Shown here piece after piece: positions 16,301 to 28,329 of a stretch of 64,000 nucleotides of DNA. The stretch lies in the NCBI RefSeq assembly GCF_009914755.1, contig NC_060939.1; one strand, given 5' to 3'. How positions within the stretch are numbered: the first letter of the stretch is position 1; every line of letters begins with the position of its first letter. Source of the stretch: the human T2T-CHM13v2.0 reference genome, Homo sapiens. Below the pieces are notes generated by a model that was not told the DNA's origin, searched no databases, and saw only the letters and a list, made by a program, of their open reading frames with translations. The position numbers and the translations under genes were made by a program.

Positions 16301-17300
16301 CCCCCAAGAGATGGGTGTCTCAATAGTTCAGACTCTAGAGGATCTGTACACCTCCAGAAAAGACGGTTCTAGAGTTGTTTGACCCATAGGGTGCGGTGTT
16401 AGGCACTGCTCTGTCTCACTAGAATACAGAGTACTATATCATCTCAGCCCTGGGATGCACAGCTGCTCAGCTCAGCCAGGGCACCAACTGACCAGGAGGC
16501 AATGTGACACTGCCTCAGGTCTGAGGAGGCATGACTATTCTGGTGGTCCTTCCGTTTCCCTGGGATGCAGGACACTGCTTCATCTTAGGCACTAGGAAGG
16601 CATGACTACTCTGAGCTACTAAGGTACTGTTTGTCCAGGAGGCAGGGTGACACCTCAATTCTAGCCTGAGGAGAAAGAGGGATAGGTGAAGCAGCTGTAC
16701 CTCCACTTGGTCCCACAGGGAAGGGTGTAACAGTTGCTCACAGCTGGGCTTGGGATGATTCCATGGTGACTTACCCTCAGGGATGAATGAGTCACGGTTA
16801 CTCACCCCCAGAGCAAGACACCCTCCAGCCATAGCTCCTGTTCTGACATGGTGTAGTACAGTAGCTGTGCAGGCCACAGAGGGTGGGACACAGTGTCAGC
16901 TCCTTCTCTGGGGGCATCACTGCTGTGTGGACTCCAGGCAGCCCCTTCATCTGAGCTTAGTGTCTGTGAGGGCTGCAGTTCACCCCACTGATGGTGTACA
17001 AGGTGCTCATGGGGTCTGCTGGGACCCCCTTGCTTACCTCTTCTCCATTAGGAGAAGCTCCTCCTGGTTTCCAGCTGTTCCCAGTTGGGGATGTGGTGGT
17101 GGAGGTCTGTGTTTCCTTACATTCTCTATGTCACCACCCTCAGTTTCTATACTCACCAGGGTTTCTGCCACTTCTGTAATGCACTCCAGTGCTCTCTCTG
17201 TTATTTTCACCAAATGTATTTGTTCATTTGATGTCTGGCTGTCTTTGTGAGAGAGACAAGTGCTAGGGGCTTCTACTCAGCCATCTTCATACTTCCTCTC
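10322..17300 (-). mobile_element. Near full-length L1MA (L1MA3/4-like) with 5'UTR, internal deletion and nested THE1D
   Basis: L1MA 3'UTR at 10.3 kb; ORF2 3' half to ~14499; ORF1-like sequence ~14500-15450; GC-richer 5'UTR ending at a YY1-type AAGATGGC (gccatctt at 17280-17287). Confidence 0.82.
11713..14019 (-). mobile_element. Complete THE1D-like MaLR (LTR-internal-LTR)
   Basis: Two similar ~355-bp LTRs (11713-12067 and ~13658-14019) flank a ~1.6-kb THE1 internal region. ORFs 12141-12647, 12773-13074 and 13347-13544 are fragments of the decayed MaLR internal sequence. Confidence 0.9.
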
Positions 17301-17339
17301 TTTGGTAATAGCGATTCTCCTTTCCCTCCTTTACGGGAT

Positions 17340-17650
17340 TGCTCCTCATTCACTCTGAGTTTCTAACATGGCTGCTAGTCACAGTACCCTGCCCCTCCTT
17401 GTCTGGTTTTTACTAGGCCAGAAAAAGCAAGCACTCTACCTCCCTTTACAGCAACTTCATGACAGACAAGAATTCTTCCCAGGACTTTTCTGAACTAGAG
17501 TTGAAAGGATGGCTCTCTTTTTCCCCCACATCATGACTGATAGGTACATGATACCACTCCTGCTGGTGGCCATGTCTCCCACCATGTGGAGCAGTCTAAG
17601 AGAAGGAAGCCAAGATGAGAGGCAGAGAGAAGAGAGACACGGAGAAGTGC
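17340..17650 (+). mobile_element. Old MLT1 (MLT1H/J/K-like) LTR fragment
   Basis: tgctggtggccatgtctcccaccatgtggag...gaagccaag...gagagac block resembles old MLT1 LTRs. Confidence 0.5.
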
Positions 17651-17657
17651 GGTGATT

Positions 17658-17815
17658 GTCACAGTTTGGGTTCTCCCAGGGGCAGACGCCAAGACAGGCA
17701 TGACAGGGTAACTAGTTAATTTAGAAAGAAATGCCAGGAAGGGAATGTGGCAGTGAGACAGGGAAGACGCCAATAAAGCGTGAGTTACAAACCAGTTATC
17801 ACTGTGGATAATGCA
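17658..17815 (-). mobile_element. ERVL LTR16-family fragment
   Basis: tgtcacagtttgggttctcccagg terminus and gtgagacagggaag...gccaataaag motif. Confidence 0.55.
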
Positions 17816-18229
17816 CAACTCAGAATGCTATTTTTTAAATTTACAGTGCCAAAGTAAATGACTTTTGGACTGACATGCATGTGCTGGCATTTGGAGAGCA
17901 GCATCTCCCTGGCCATGAGGCAAACCAAATCTTAAACTTACAAAGGATGGAATCATAACAAAAGGGCTTAACTATTGGAGTCCAACATTCACTGGCCACA
18001 GACTAGGCAAGCAGGGACAGTCTATCACTGCAACAGAGAATGTGTGTCCCGGCCCTGAGAACATGACCCACTGAGCTTATGAGTCCTCATACTTCCTCTG
18101 GGCAGCACAGGGTGGGCAGGGCCCCGTTTCTCCTCTCAAACTCCTTTTATTCTTTTTCATGTGGACCTGTATTCATTCTCTCTTTCTCACTCACATGCTC
18201 ACTCTCTCTCTCTCTTTCTAATAGCTCTC

Positions 18230-18760
18230 AGTCATTGGGGGTTATGATGTATCTGGCACTATTTTAAGTGCTTAATATAGATTATTTCAGTTATGTAATA
18301 TTCCATGCAGATTAGTAAGCATTCCAAGCTTATCATTCAGGTACTACTAATATTGTCCTCTTACACAAAAGGAAATTCTTACACAAGAGTATGTTACAGC
18401 ATCCAGTATATGCTTATGTATTGATTAGTACTCAGAATTTTGAAACTATATTCTTATGTATCAACAACACTCCTTATCACCTTTTCTCAGCAATTACTCT
18501 GCTTTCACTTTTTATTTTATATATTTTTTCCTTTTTCTCCCAAAGGCACCCTGTGCTGCCACTTTCTGCTTCTGACATGTCCCATTTTACATGAAGTACA
18601 TTGTAAAGAGCACTCATTTTAGATTCTGAAGAGGCTCAGGTTTGAAACAGTTCTATTTTGCCAATAGCCATTTAAACTAAGGCAAGTGGCTTAAACACTG
18701 AGCCTTTTTTCCATCTCTAAGTTGGAGCTGATGCTCTGCAGAATCCACCTCATACATCAA
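18230..18760. mobile_element. Two degenerate MIR fragments
   Basis: MIR-like words (ggcactattttaagtgctt; aggcaagtggcttaaacactgagcct). Confidence 0.5.
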
Positions 18761-21700
18761 ATAAAATCACAAATTTTATGTGTGGAACTTCTCTGTGAAC
18801 TGGCAATTTCTATGTAGAATAGTTATTTTAGAAGTGGATGAATGGCATATGTGGAAGTACAGGTGGGGTGGGTGGAAGAAGTAGTATATGGCGGCACTCG
18901 GATGGTCCCATTCCATGCTTTGGACAGTTCCCAAAGCAACTTGTGGAATAAGATGCAGAGTCTGCAAGCCAAAAAGGGATTTACAATTGCTGAGGTTTGA
19001 AAAGGATCTGCTAAAATGTTTTTAGAAAACTGTTGACTAAGTAGTTTATCAATCCTCATGTTCAACCTGCACATGTTTCATGCTCTAAAGCATCTCGGCA
19101 AATGCTTTAATTACTCACTAATTATAACATCATTGAATGGCTACACTGAGGCAACCATATAATTATGGAGCAAAAAGCTCTGAGCAATTACAAGGCTGAG
19201 CATATTGGTTGATTACAATAAATCCCCAGTTCATTGTTGATATCTGTCACCTGCTTAATGTTTCTAATCTCTTGATGCATGTGATAAACCATGTGCAACA
19301 TGGGAAGCAGGGTCTTTGCAGAGAAAGCCCAATTTAAGGGAGCGATAAGAACACATTTGCATTTTACTCCTGAATTGGATGATGTATTCACTTTTGTCTA
19401 GCCAACACATGGTTTCAGGTAACTTCTCTAGTGGTCCTTGCCTTCCAGGGCCTCCAAGAGGTGAGACAGTCATGTATGTGTACTACATGCATGAGTTAGC
19501 ATTGATAGAGATGGGTATGGAGTGTTATGAAAGCCTAGTGAAATCAATGACCGAGTCAAACACTAGAGAAGATTCCAGAAAGTCTCCATATAGGAAATGT
19601 TATTGAGGTCTAGTTTTGAAGGATTAAAATATTGCCAACTATACAATGGAGAATGAGAGTCTCTGAGAACAAAAGATTTTCAGGAAGGATGTTAGTAAAT
19701 CAGCAAAAACACATGCAGAAAACTTATCTTTTGTTGCATCCCTTAAAAATAATACTTTACCTTCAATTAAACAGAAGCAACAATAGTAACAGTTATGAAT
19801 GGAGGATATTTCATACGAGAAAACCACTACAAATGCCTCTTAAAATGGGTTGATTCTCTATAGTCTACCTAGTCCTCAAGCAACCTGTGTTTCTGGAACA
19901 ACCTTACCTAAGACCTTCTCTTGGCAAATTGTATAATTTTCCTCCTTGCAACAATAAAGGAAACTTGAATCAATCCAGAAAAATATGTAAAATGTAATGA
20001 GGTAATTGTAGAAAAGTCACTTCACATTCTCACATTGCCTTTAGGACAGGACTGTTCTTAGTCCTCTCCAGTTCCACTCTATTGTAAAGTTTCTGAAAGT
20101 GCCTCAGGTATTTCACCCTAATCATTTTCTTAGAGTAGTTGTAAGTATTTCAAAACATTGGATTGACATTTTCAGTATATGACATATGGATTTCTCTGGG
20201 TTATTTTTTAATATCCCATAGGCCAAAATCAAACATTTTGCTACTACGTAATTGATATTTACCTTTAATACCTGAGTGGCTTGATCATTTCACTGAGAAA
20301 ACTGAAAATTAGTAATTGAGTATATTACATAAGCACAGAGCTGTGTAAGTAGATTTTTTGCATAGAAGTGTTTCTCCTCTCAGCAAAAATATATTGAACA
20401 TGTGGCAAAAAAGTGGTAATTTCTTTTGAGACACAGTGACAACAGTTATGTACTGTGCTTTGCACACAGTGACATTTAATAAGTGTGTGTTGACTGATTT
20501 TGAAATGTGAGACATTACCTTGACAGAATTTTGTCTGTGCTTGTAAGGGATTCGACTGGGGATGAGAAAGGTGAAATACTATCTGAGAACTCTGCACAAA
20601 GTCAAAGATGGACTTTTTTTTAAAAAAAAAAAAAGATGATTTATTTCATTATGGCTTTTCTCTGCATGACACTGGAGAGTCATCACTTTCTCCTAAACTC
20701 TTGCCCAACTCAGTTGCCCAATTTACTAATGAAGAGTCAATGCTCTTGGAAGAGGAAGTAAGGGAAGTAATCAGTTGAAACTTCCAAAACATTTGCTACT
20801 TAGATACTGTGAAGAAGTAAACAGTTTCATTAAGTATTATTCTATTGTTTTAGTAAAATATCTTGTGGATGTTTATAAAGAAATGTCAATTTCATAAACA
20901 TCAGAAGTTAGGATGAAGAGTTTATCATTGTTTTATCACAATCTAGACCTCATTAGCACCATCTATGTCAACACTGTGTCTAGTACAGTGTACTGAAGAC
21001 TTTAGGTATAAGATTTCTTCAAAACATTCTTTTATTTGAACTTTGTACATGTAGAGTCCCAATTTTACCAATTTAATTATACTTTTATTATAGATATATA
21101 GATATTAAATATAATCATATTTATAATGTATAAAATACAACATGAAAAAAATTTATAAGCAATGTCCTGCCTATTGTATCATTACCAAATAGCACAGAAT
21201 AACACATTCCATATTCATGCTAAAAAACTGAATGTTTACTGTGTTTAGTCAAGATAACCACTAAGGTTCAGTTTCCCACTTATAAAATGAGAATGGAGAT
21301 ATTTATCCAGCTTTGTGGCAACGTGCAAAGGACATAATGGCTCAGAAGCAACTTTTTGGATTATAAAGCTGCCTCCACAGTCAGGGAATTGTCATCGTTG
21401 TGAAAGAGCTTCAGTGAGTACAGCAGAGATATGTGCCACTACTTCATATTTGAGCCCTGCAAAATAGCTAAAACAATGCCCAAATCTTAGGACAGGAGAT
21501 ACGTAAGTCAAAAGTGATAGACCATTTGTCACTTTCCTCATTGTGGTGCAAACTCCAGGCCAGCCCACTTGGCCATACAGAGTCTCCAGCTAAAGCTACT
21601 ACATTGTTTTTCCAAAGAGTATTGCACTAAAACATTATGTGATTTAATCATTGAATCCTTGGGCACAAAGCCATGGAATACATTTATCTCTTTCCAAGCA

Positions 21701-23750
21701 GAACTGCCTGGAAAAGAAAGATATTAGGTAAATATAATAACAAATTGATAACGTAGATTCTAGCTTCTATATGAGTATGAAGAGTGAGTGTCTAGTGTCT
21801 CTGACCCAGGACTGGAATTTTCATTCTTTCATTTTTAAAAATCTGTGTATTATTACAAAATATTGCCATGTTCTTGTGTTATTGTCCCTTACTGAATACA
21901 ATGTCCTAGAAAATAGAAAATTTGAAGAAATGTGAAAAGAAAAATAATATTTTCTGTGTACAGGAAGGATACTCTTTTGGATCAGAATGGTACTAATGAT
22001 TTAATTTTATTTAATGGTCCTAATTATTTAATTTTAAAGATGCTTCTGTGAATATCTGCAGAATTTTTAGAATATAAATTGGGACTAGTATAGATCTGAA
22101 GGATCATCCCACATGTATTTGTGTCTTGATCATATGACATTCTATTGCCTGAAACTTGATTTACTATGTAAGAAATAAAACTCGGTTTGTTAAATGAACC
22201 TACTGTTAGGTCAAGGTGATTCATTCTAATCCTGAAATATATTTTTTGGAAAATTTGTTTTTCCTTGAGTCCTTGAACTTATATCCTCTCGATAGGATGC
22301 CCCAGAGACACTGAGATTTTTTTAATTCTGTGTTTAGAGAATTACTACAATGAAAAATGAATGTTGATAAAAATAGATTACCTTTTCCCATTTCAGAAGA
22401 GGAAAGCACGAAAATATTAGCAGACTGGCTGCGGGAAGAAACTGGTATCAAAAATTAGGACACTGTCTTTGCTTAATACAGGGGGCTCTCTTGGCTGTGC
22501 TTAAGGAAGCCATATCTGATCACCTGATGTCAAAGCATCTTAACTAACAAAGGGAACATGCAGTCTACATTCCTTAAAATATTCAAGAAGAATATACTAT
22601 TTATACCCTTTCCTTGTGAGCTTGGAATGTTGGATCTGAAGTTCCTGGGTGATGATTCCTACTTTGTGTGAGGTGTTTTGACAAGAGTACTGTTTAAGTC
22701 ATAACAGATGACTCCAACCACCCTGGCCTTTGCTTTCAAAACCAAATTCAAGTTGTCAATTGGTTTGCATGCATAAATTCAAAGGCTTACATTCAGCCAC
22801 AGGGAAAAATATAATACCAAGTTCAAAACATAAGAAGTAAGGCTTGAAGAAATATGGATTTAGATATGCACACACATCCCTTCATTAGAATGCCAGAAAT
22901 CATGATGGAGTTCAGTGTTAATGTGATATTTGCCAAAAATGTAACATCATGTAAAAAGTTAATTCTCCAGGGACTTTCTTTTTACAAATTATGGCTCAAA
23001 TTATTAGCCAACATGACTGGTGAAAGTCCTATATTGCCATGTGGTATATTTTACTCTGTATATGCATAGGTTTAAAATACATTTTCCTGTTTATCTGAAT
23101 TGTTTTCTACCCCCTTTGGAAACTTAGAGCATATGAGCCCAAGATGGCACACAAAGCAGCTTCAGGTAGACCACATGTCCTGGCTGTGCTGCAAACCAGG
23201 TCTGTGAGTAATAACTGTTCTATTCTCTACTCTATGTTTGGTAATGTGTGGCTAGCATGTCCTTCATTAATGTTTTCAGGCAGCCATGAGCATTTAATCA
23301 CACTACTTCCTTTACCCAAGTAGGCATCAACACTGTCAGCCCTCACCTATGTTTCCCCAAACTTATAGCATGTACACTTGCCTACATCAATGTATTCAAC
23401 AAACAGGGATTCACAGCTGTGATACATGACTTGTTGGCAATAGCAGGATGAATAAACCACGGTCATGACCTGCATGGGCTTGAGTTTAAAAGGTGAATGG
23501 GCAAAGTAGCCAATGAATGTATTATACAAAACAGGTTGGTTCACTTGTTCTACCAGAGATTAAGAACAGACACTGTGTTCCTTCAGAAGAGGAAGGAAGT
23601 AGTGGGGGTGGGGTGGTTGGGAGATTAAGGTAAAAAAAAGCTTAGGGTTTTGAAGTGGCTCATAAAGAATGTAACAATAATGTGGGAATTGCCACTATAT
23701 GGATGAAGTTGGAGGAACAAATTATTTTCCATAAACATCTTTGACTTTTT

Positions 23751-23854
23751 AAAGTGACCAACCATTCTGGGTTTACCCAGGACTGCAGGTTTTCTCAAGA
23801 TGCAGGACTTTTAATGTTAAAACTAGGAAGGTCCTGAACAAACCCCTCACCCTA
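23751..23854. mobile_element. MER94-like hAT MITE
   Basis: gtgaccaaccattctgggtttacccaggact...aaactaggaaggtcctgaacaaacc...tcaccct, with decayed terminal inverted repeats. Confidence 0.75.
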
Positions 23855-23899
23855 CATTTTCTACTTCTTCATCAGTGTACTTGTTTATCTATGGGTGAT

Positions 23900-25320
23900 C
23901 TGTTGACTTCATCACCTGAATCTTTTTCAAAAGTGTCTCCTCTTTTACCACTTTCACATGTGTGTTCCACCTTCATAATTGCTTGCCTGGATTACTTCAA
24001 CAGCCTTCTATTTACCTTCCTCCCAGCTGACAGAGTGATCTTTCTAGCATGCAAGCCTGGTCACATCACTCCCCTACTGAGAATTCTTCAATCAGTCCTT
24101 ACCACCTTCAGGATAAAATCCAACTTCTTTAGTCCCTTAATTTTCAAGCTTTAGTCTATATAATAATCATGTAAAAGGAAGAGCTCTTTAAAAAACCAAA
24201 TGCCCATTCATTTATACATTTATTAATCCAACAAATATGTGCTGAGTGTCCATTATATGTCAAACACTGTTTCAGGAACCAGAGCTACAATGATGAGCAA
24301 ATCAGGCAATGTCCTTGTCTTCACAGAGTATACATTCTAGGGAGGTGGGAACAGGCAATAAACAAACATGTATTGAATGCAATGATAGGTAAAGGTAGAC
24401 TGCTAGGCTTAAAAAAATGGCAAGTAAGAGAAGAAAAGATGGGTATAATTTTGGGTAGTACAGGCAGGTAAGACCTTTCTGAGTGGCACTTGAGCATCAA
24501 ACAGGTCTTGAGAATACGTGGGGTAATAATGTTCTAAGAAAGGAGAGCAACAAATATAAAAGCCCTGAGTTGAAGGGTGTTTGGTTCCCTCAAGAGAGAA
24601 GAAGTTTCATGCGTGGCTAGAGAGGAGTGAGCCTGGGAAGGCTGACAGGAAGTTGAGGGCAGAGAGCAACGCAGGAGCCAGAACATCTTGAGACTTGTAA
24701 GCCATTTGAAGAGCTTTTGATTTGATTCCAATGTGATGGTCAGCCACTTAGAGTTCTGAGCAAAGGAAGGACATGATTTGCATTTTTAAAAGATTTCTCT
24801 GGCAGCTATTGTGCAAAAAGACTATACATAGAAGAGAATCAGAGAAACCATTTAGGAAGTTGTGGCAGCAGGGAAACGATACTGGCTAGGAATGCAGTGG
24901 GATCAGAGGTTTCCGAATTGCTTTAGGCTTCACACAGCATTTCCCTCCAGCAGCCATACCTCATTACTTGCATGCTGTGCTGACGCCTCTATGTGTTTTT
25001 TGCTCTGCCATAAACTCCTTTCTCCTATCCACATACCTTGCCCCAAATAGAAAGAAAAAAAAAGCCTACTAGAATGATCTTTTCAGGAAGTCATCCGCAG
25101 TTCTAGGTTTGGGTTTGGTGTTCTGCCTTCACTGCATTGCACCTGTACTTAATTTACACACTGGATTGTAATTGTCTGTTGACATGTCTATTTATACCCC
25201 ATCCACGTGCATGCTTCTTTTCAATCCCTCCCTTTCTCTCACACACACCAGATGTGATCTCTTTGAGGAAAGTGGCATATAGTAAACACGAAATACATTT
25301 TATGTTGAATAAATGAAGGA
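23900..25320 (+). mobile_element. L2 LINE remnant, interrupted by an oppositely oriented L2
   Basis: cagagtgatctttctagcatgcaa...cactcccc at ~24030; resumes ~24930 and ends in the L2 tail atgttgaataaatgaa at ~25320. Confidence 0.7.
24205..24900 (-). mobile_element. L2 LINE 3' portion
   Basis: Begins with the reverse L2 tail cattcattt...caacaaatatgtgctgagtg and continues with the purine-rich L2 antisense body. Confidence 0.8.
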
Positions 25321-26409
25321 AAGAGCTTGCATGTTGAAATGAAAAGATTAGAAACTGGGAGCTATTTGGAGCCATACCTGGAAAGGCATTATGAAAACAG
25401 TGATATTTGGTCAACAGACCAATTCATTTATCCCTGATATGTGTTAGGACCTACTATATGCAGATATTTTACTAGATGTTGGAGATACAATAAAAAGACA
25501 ATCAGCTTGATTGCTAGTCCAATCAAACACATCTCAATTGTGACTGCAAGAGTACATTATCAAAAACACCTAAAACAGGCAAACAAGGTGCACAGAGCCT
25601 CACACATTGTGAAATAATCCCAGATTTACTTTACAGAAAGCTCTCACTCCTGCAGTTGTGCTTCAATGATACAGAGTAAGTTTTTTAAGTGTATAACAAA
25701 TATTCTCTATTCTATAAGGTATAGACAGAATTGATTTTGACAGAAAATATGGAAATGCATAATTATGAGTGACATGAAACCAAACCCAGTCCAGGTCAGG
25801 GACAAGCTATAAAATAAACTCCAGGCCTATAATAGAATCAGGAATGTGCCCAGCATAATTTCATGTAATGGAACAGCAATAGAAAACAGTTTTTGTGTAC
25901 GGACACAGCAAAGACCTAAAAGCAACTTACAGGCCAGGTGGCTTGTGGCAAATACTCTTCTCTTTTAAAAATATGAGACTGATGAAAAAACCATTCAGTG
26001 AACCCTGGATAAGCCAAGCTCCCAAGTGCATGATGAACCAGTCGGGGAGACTTGACCTTTCTGTTCTCACTACGACCAGGCTTTGCACAGGACTGTGGCC
26101 TTCTACTACCCACGTTGTCAAACAGCTTGCAGCTGGAGTAGATATCTTAATTACTGACATCCACAAATGCTATGGCCAGCAATTCTCCTGGGGATTTCTG
26201 AACCTACTCAGCCACAGATGGAAGAAAAGAATCTGCTGCAGGATAAAGAACTACTTGGGTTAAAAAGCATCAAGGCAATAGTGCATGCTGTGAAAACCGT
26301 AACAGCATACTGCTCCTGTCTGTGGCTGCTAAGATGATAATTAATAGGGAGCCAGAAGGTGATTGCAGTCTCTAAGAATTGATTATTGAAGGACTAGAAA
26401 TTCAGGGCA

Positions 26410-28200
26410 GTGCACTGCTTCAAAGCACAGACTTCAGAGTCAGACAAACCTAGGTTCTAATCATACAGCTTTGTGTTTTTTATTAACAGATTGTGAAATC
26501 TTAAAACCTTTGTCTTTCTTTTTTTTTTAGTAATGGACTTTAATAGCATTACATATCCTATCAAAATTTATCAACATTGTTTCTTGAATATAACAGTCAA
26601 AATATCTTTAAAATCTAAAGTTTCTTTCCAGCCCTGTTTTTCATCCATTTGTAATGCATAGTATTATAACATATTTCATGCTGAATTCATCCATATAAGA
26701 TAAAATAATGAGCATGTTTTTTCTCTTTTCATTTATTCTGTTCCTACCCTGATTCCTTCAAATGCAAACAAAATACCTAGAAGAAATCTTGTGAACAAAG
26801 AGACTAAAAAAAGGAATTGAATTCAGACCTTTCGTATTCACGAAGTGATTATTAAGGGCATTTCAAAAGCATGTGTCTTCCTCAGCATTCTCTTAAATAC
26901 CTTATGACAAATATCATCACCAGGCATCAACCAAACATGAGAAGTTATCAGTTTTATATTTAATCTACTTCTGGAAACTAACCTCTGACCCATTTTAGTA
27001 CTGGTACTGGTGAGTGGGCACCTTTCATCATGCCCCAATTTCAATTTTTATCCTATTTCAGGTATTCTTTGAGGCTTAATTGTGTCAATTTCAGACTATT
27101 AGCCAACAGCATTGATTATGTCTTGAGATCATGTAAATGAATCTTTGAAACCTTTTCAAACCACTTGGGTGAACACTGGAGAAAACTGCATCATAATGAA
27201 AGAACATTGGATATAGATTATAACTATCTGAAATAGCATTAACAATAAAACTTGATATTCAGAGTATTTAATTTATTCTGGTATTTATTAATTTTGTATA
27301 TATGAACAACTTATTTGAGCTCTCTGAATCTCAATCACCTATGACAAGGACACAGTACTGCCTCTCATATGGAGTTCTGAGAATTAAATGAGATGAAAAT
27401 GCAGAAGTCAAGTGTCTAGTGTGGAAAAGGTAAAAGTTAAATGATCATTTTCAACATGGCATCAAGAACTGACCCTCTATAAATCTCAAAAAAAAGAAAA
27501 AAATGACATGCTCTTTATGGTGGTTTACTTTAAAATTATGTGTCTTCAGACAATCTAATGAAGGCAAATGTCAAAATCAAGAACAAGGGATAGAAAAAGG
27601 AGGGGAACCAGAGTCCCGAAGTTAGATTTTAGGCACATACCTTCCGGTTACAGTATCTTGTACATTCATGTATATAAATGCTTCACAGAATCTCAGGGTC
27701 ATCATAAGTATTCAAGAAATACTCTGGCTAATGCAACAAATGAATTATTAATATGTAAAAAGAGGATGAATTAAAAATGTTCATTGTATAACAGAGCCAT
27801 AAGAAATAAGACTAGAAATATGAATTTTCAACATGTAGAAAGTTCTGAATTCTGGAGTCTTTACAAAAAAAAATAACCTACACAATGTATTTTGGTAGGC
27901 TATGAAGAGCAACAGAAGATTTCGGAGGCAGAGGAGGGTTAGCAGTTACTATTATTATTAACTGAACTTTGGAACTGATTAAATGATAGAACAAGATAAA
28001 ATACCTAAACGTAACTCAAATTTCAAAACGGGGAGGTTGGTGATGCAATAAATACAAAGAGGGGAGTCAAGAGAAGGAACTGATTAAAGAAGAAATATGA
28101 GTCCTGTTTCAGTAACGTTGATTTTCATAGACTCAGTTGTGAGCTCAGAGATACAAATTTGGGAGTTAGCTTTATAAAAACTATGTATTCCAGCTGTATG
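26410..28200. mobile_element. Cluster of MIR (~26410-26510, ~27170-27440) and L2 (~27570-27770, ~27840-28200) remnants
   Basis: MIR core words (cagagtcagacaaacctaggttc; tgagaattaaatgagat) and L2 words (gatacaaatttgggagt). Confidence 0.55.
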
Positions 28201-28329
28201 AATATCCTGAGGAGTTATCCTTGTAGATTAAACAGGCCTGTCTTCATAAGGTCCATGTAACCACATACATTCACACCCAGTTTGCAGCAAAATATCAAGT
28301 CATCTATGCCAATGGCCCACACTGGCCAA

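Noticed and set aside
15786-17250. 198-aa and 155-aa ORFs antisense to the L1 5'UTR (ORF0-like idea)
   Set aside because: They lie in a GC-richer stop-poor 5'UTR, show no recognisable similarity to ORF0 or any domain, and the longer one starts at GTG.
25895-26263. 122-aa ORF in unique sequence as a host exon
   Set aside because: GTG start, no recognisable domain, no convincing flanking splice pair; length is within chance expectation for 64 kb.
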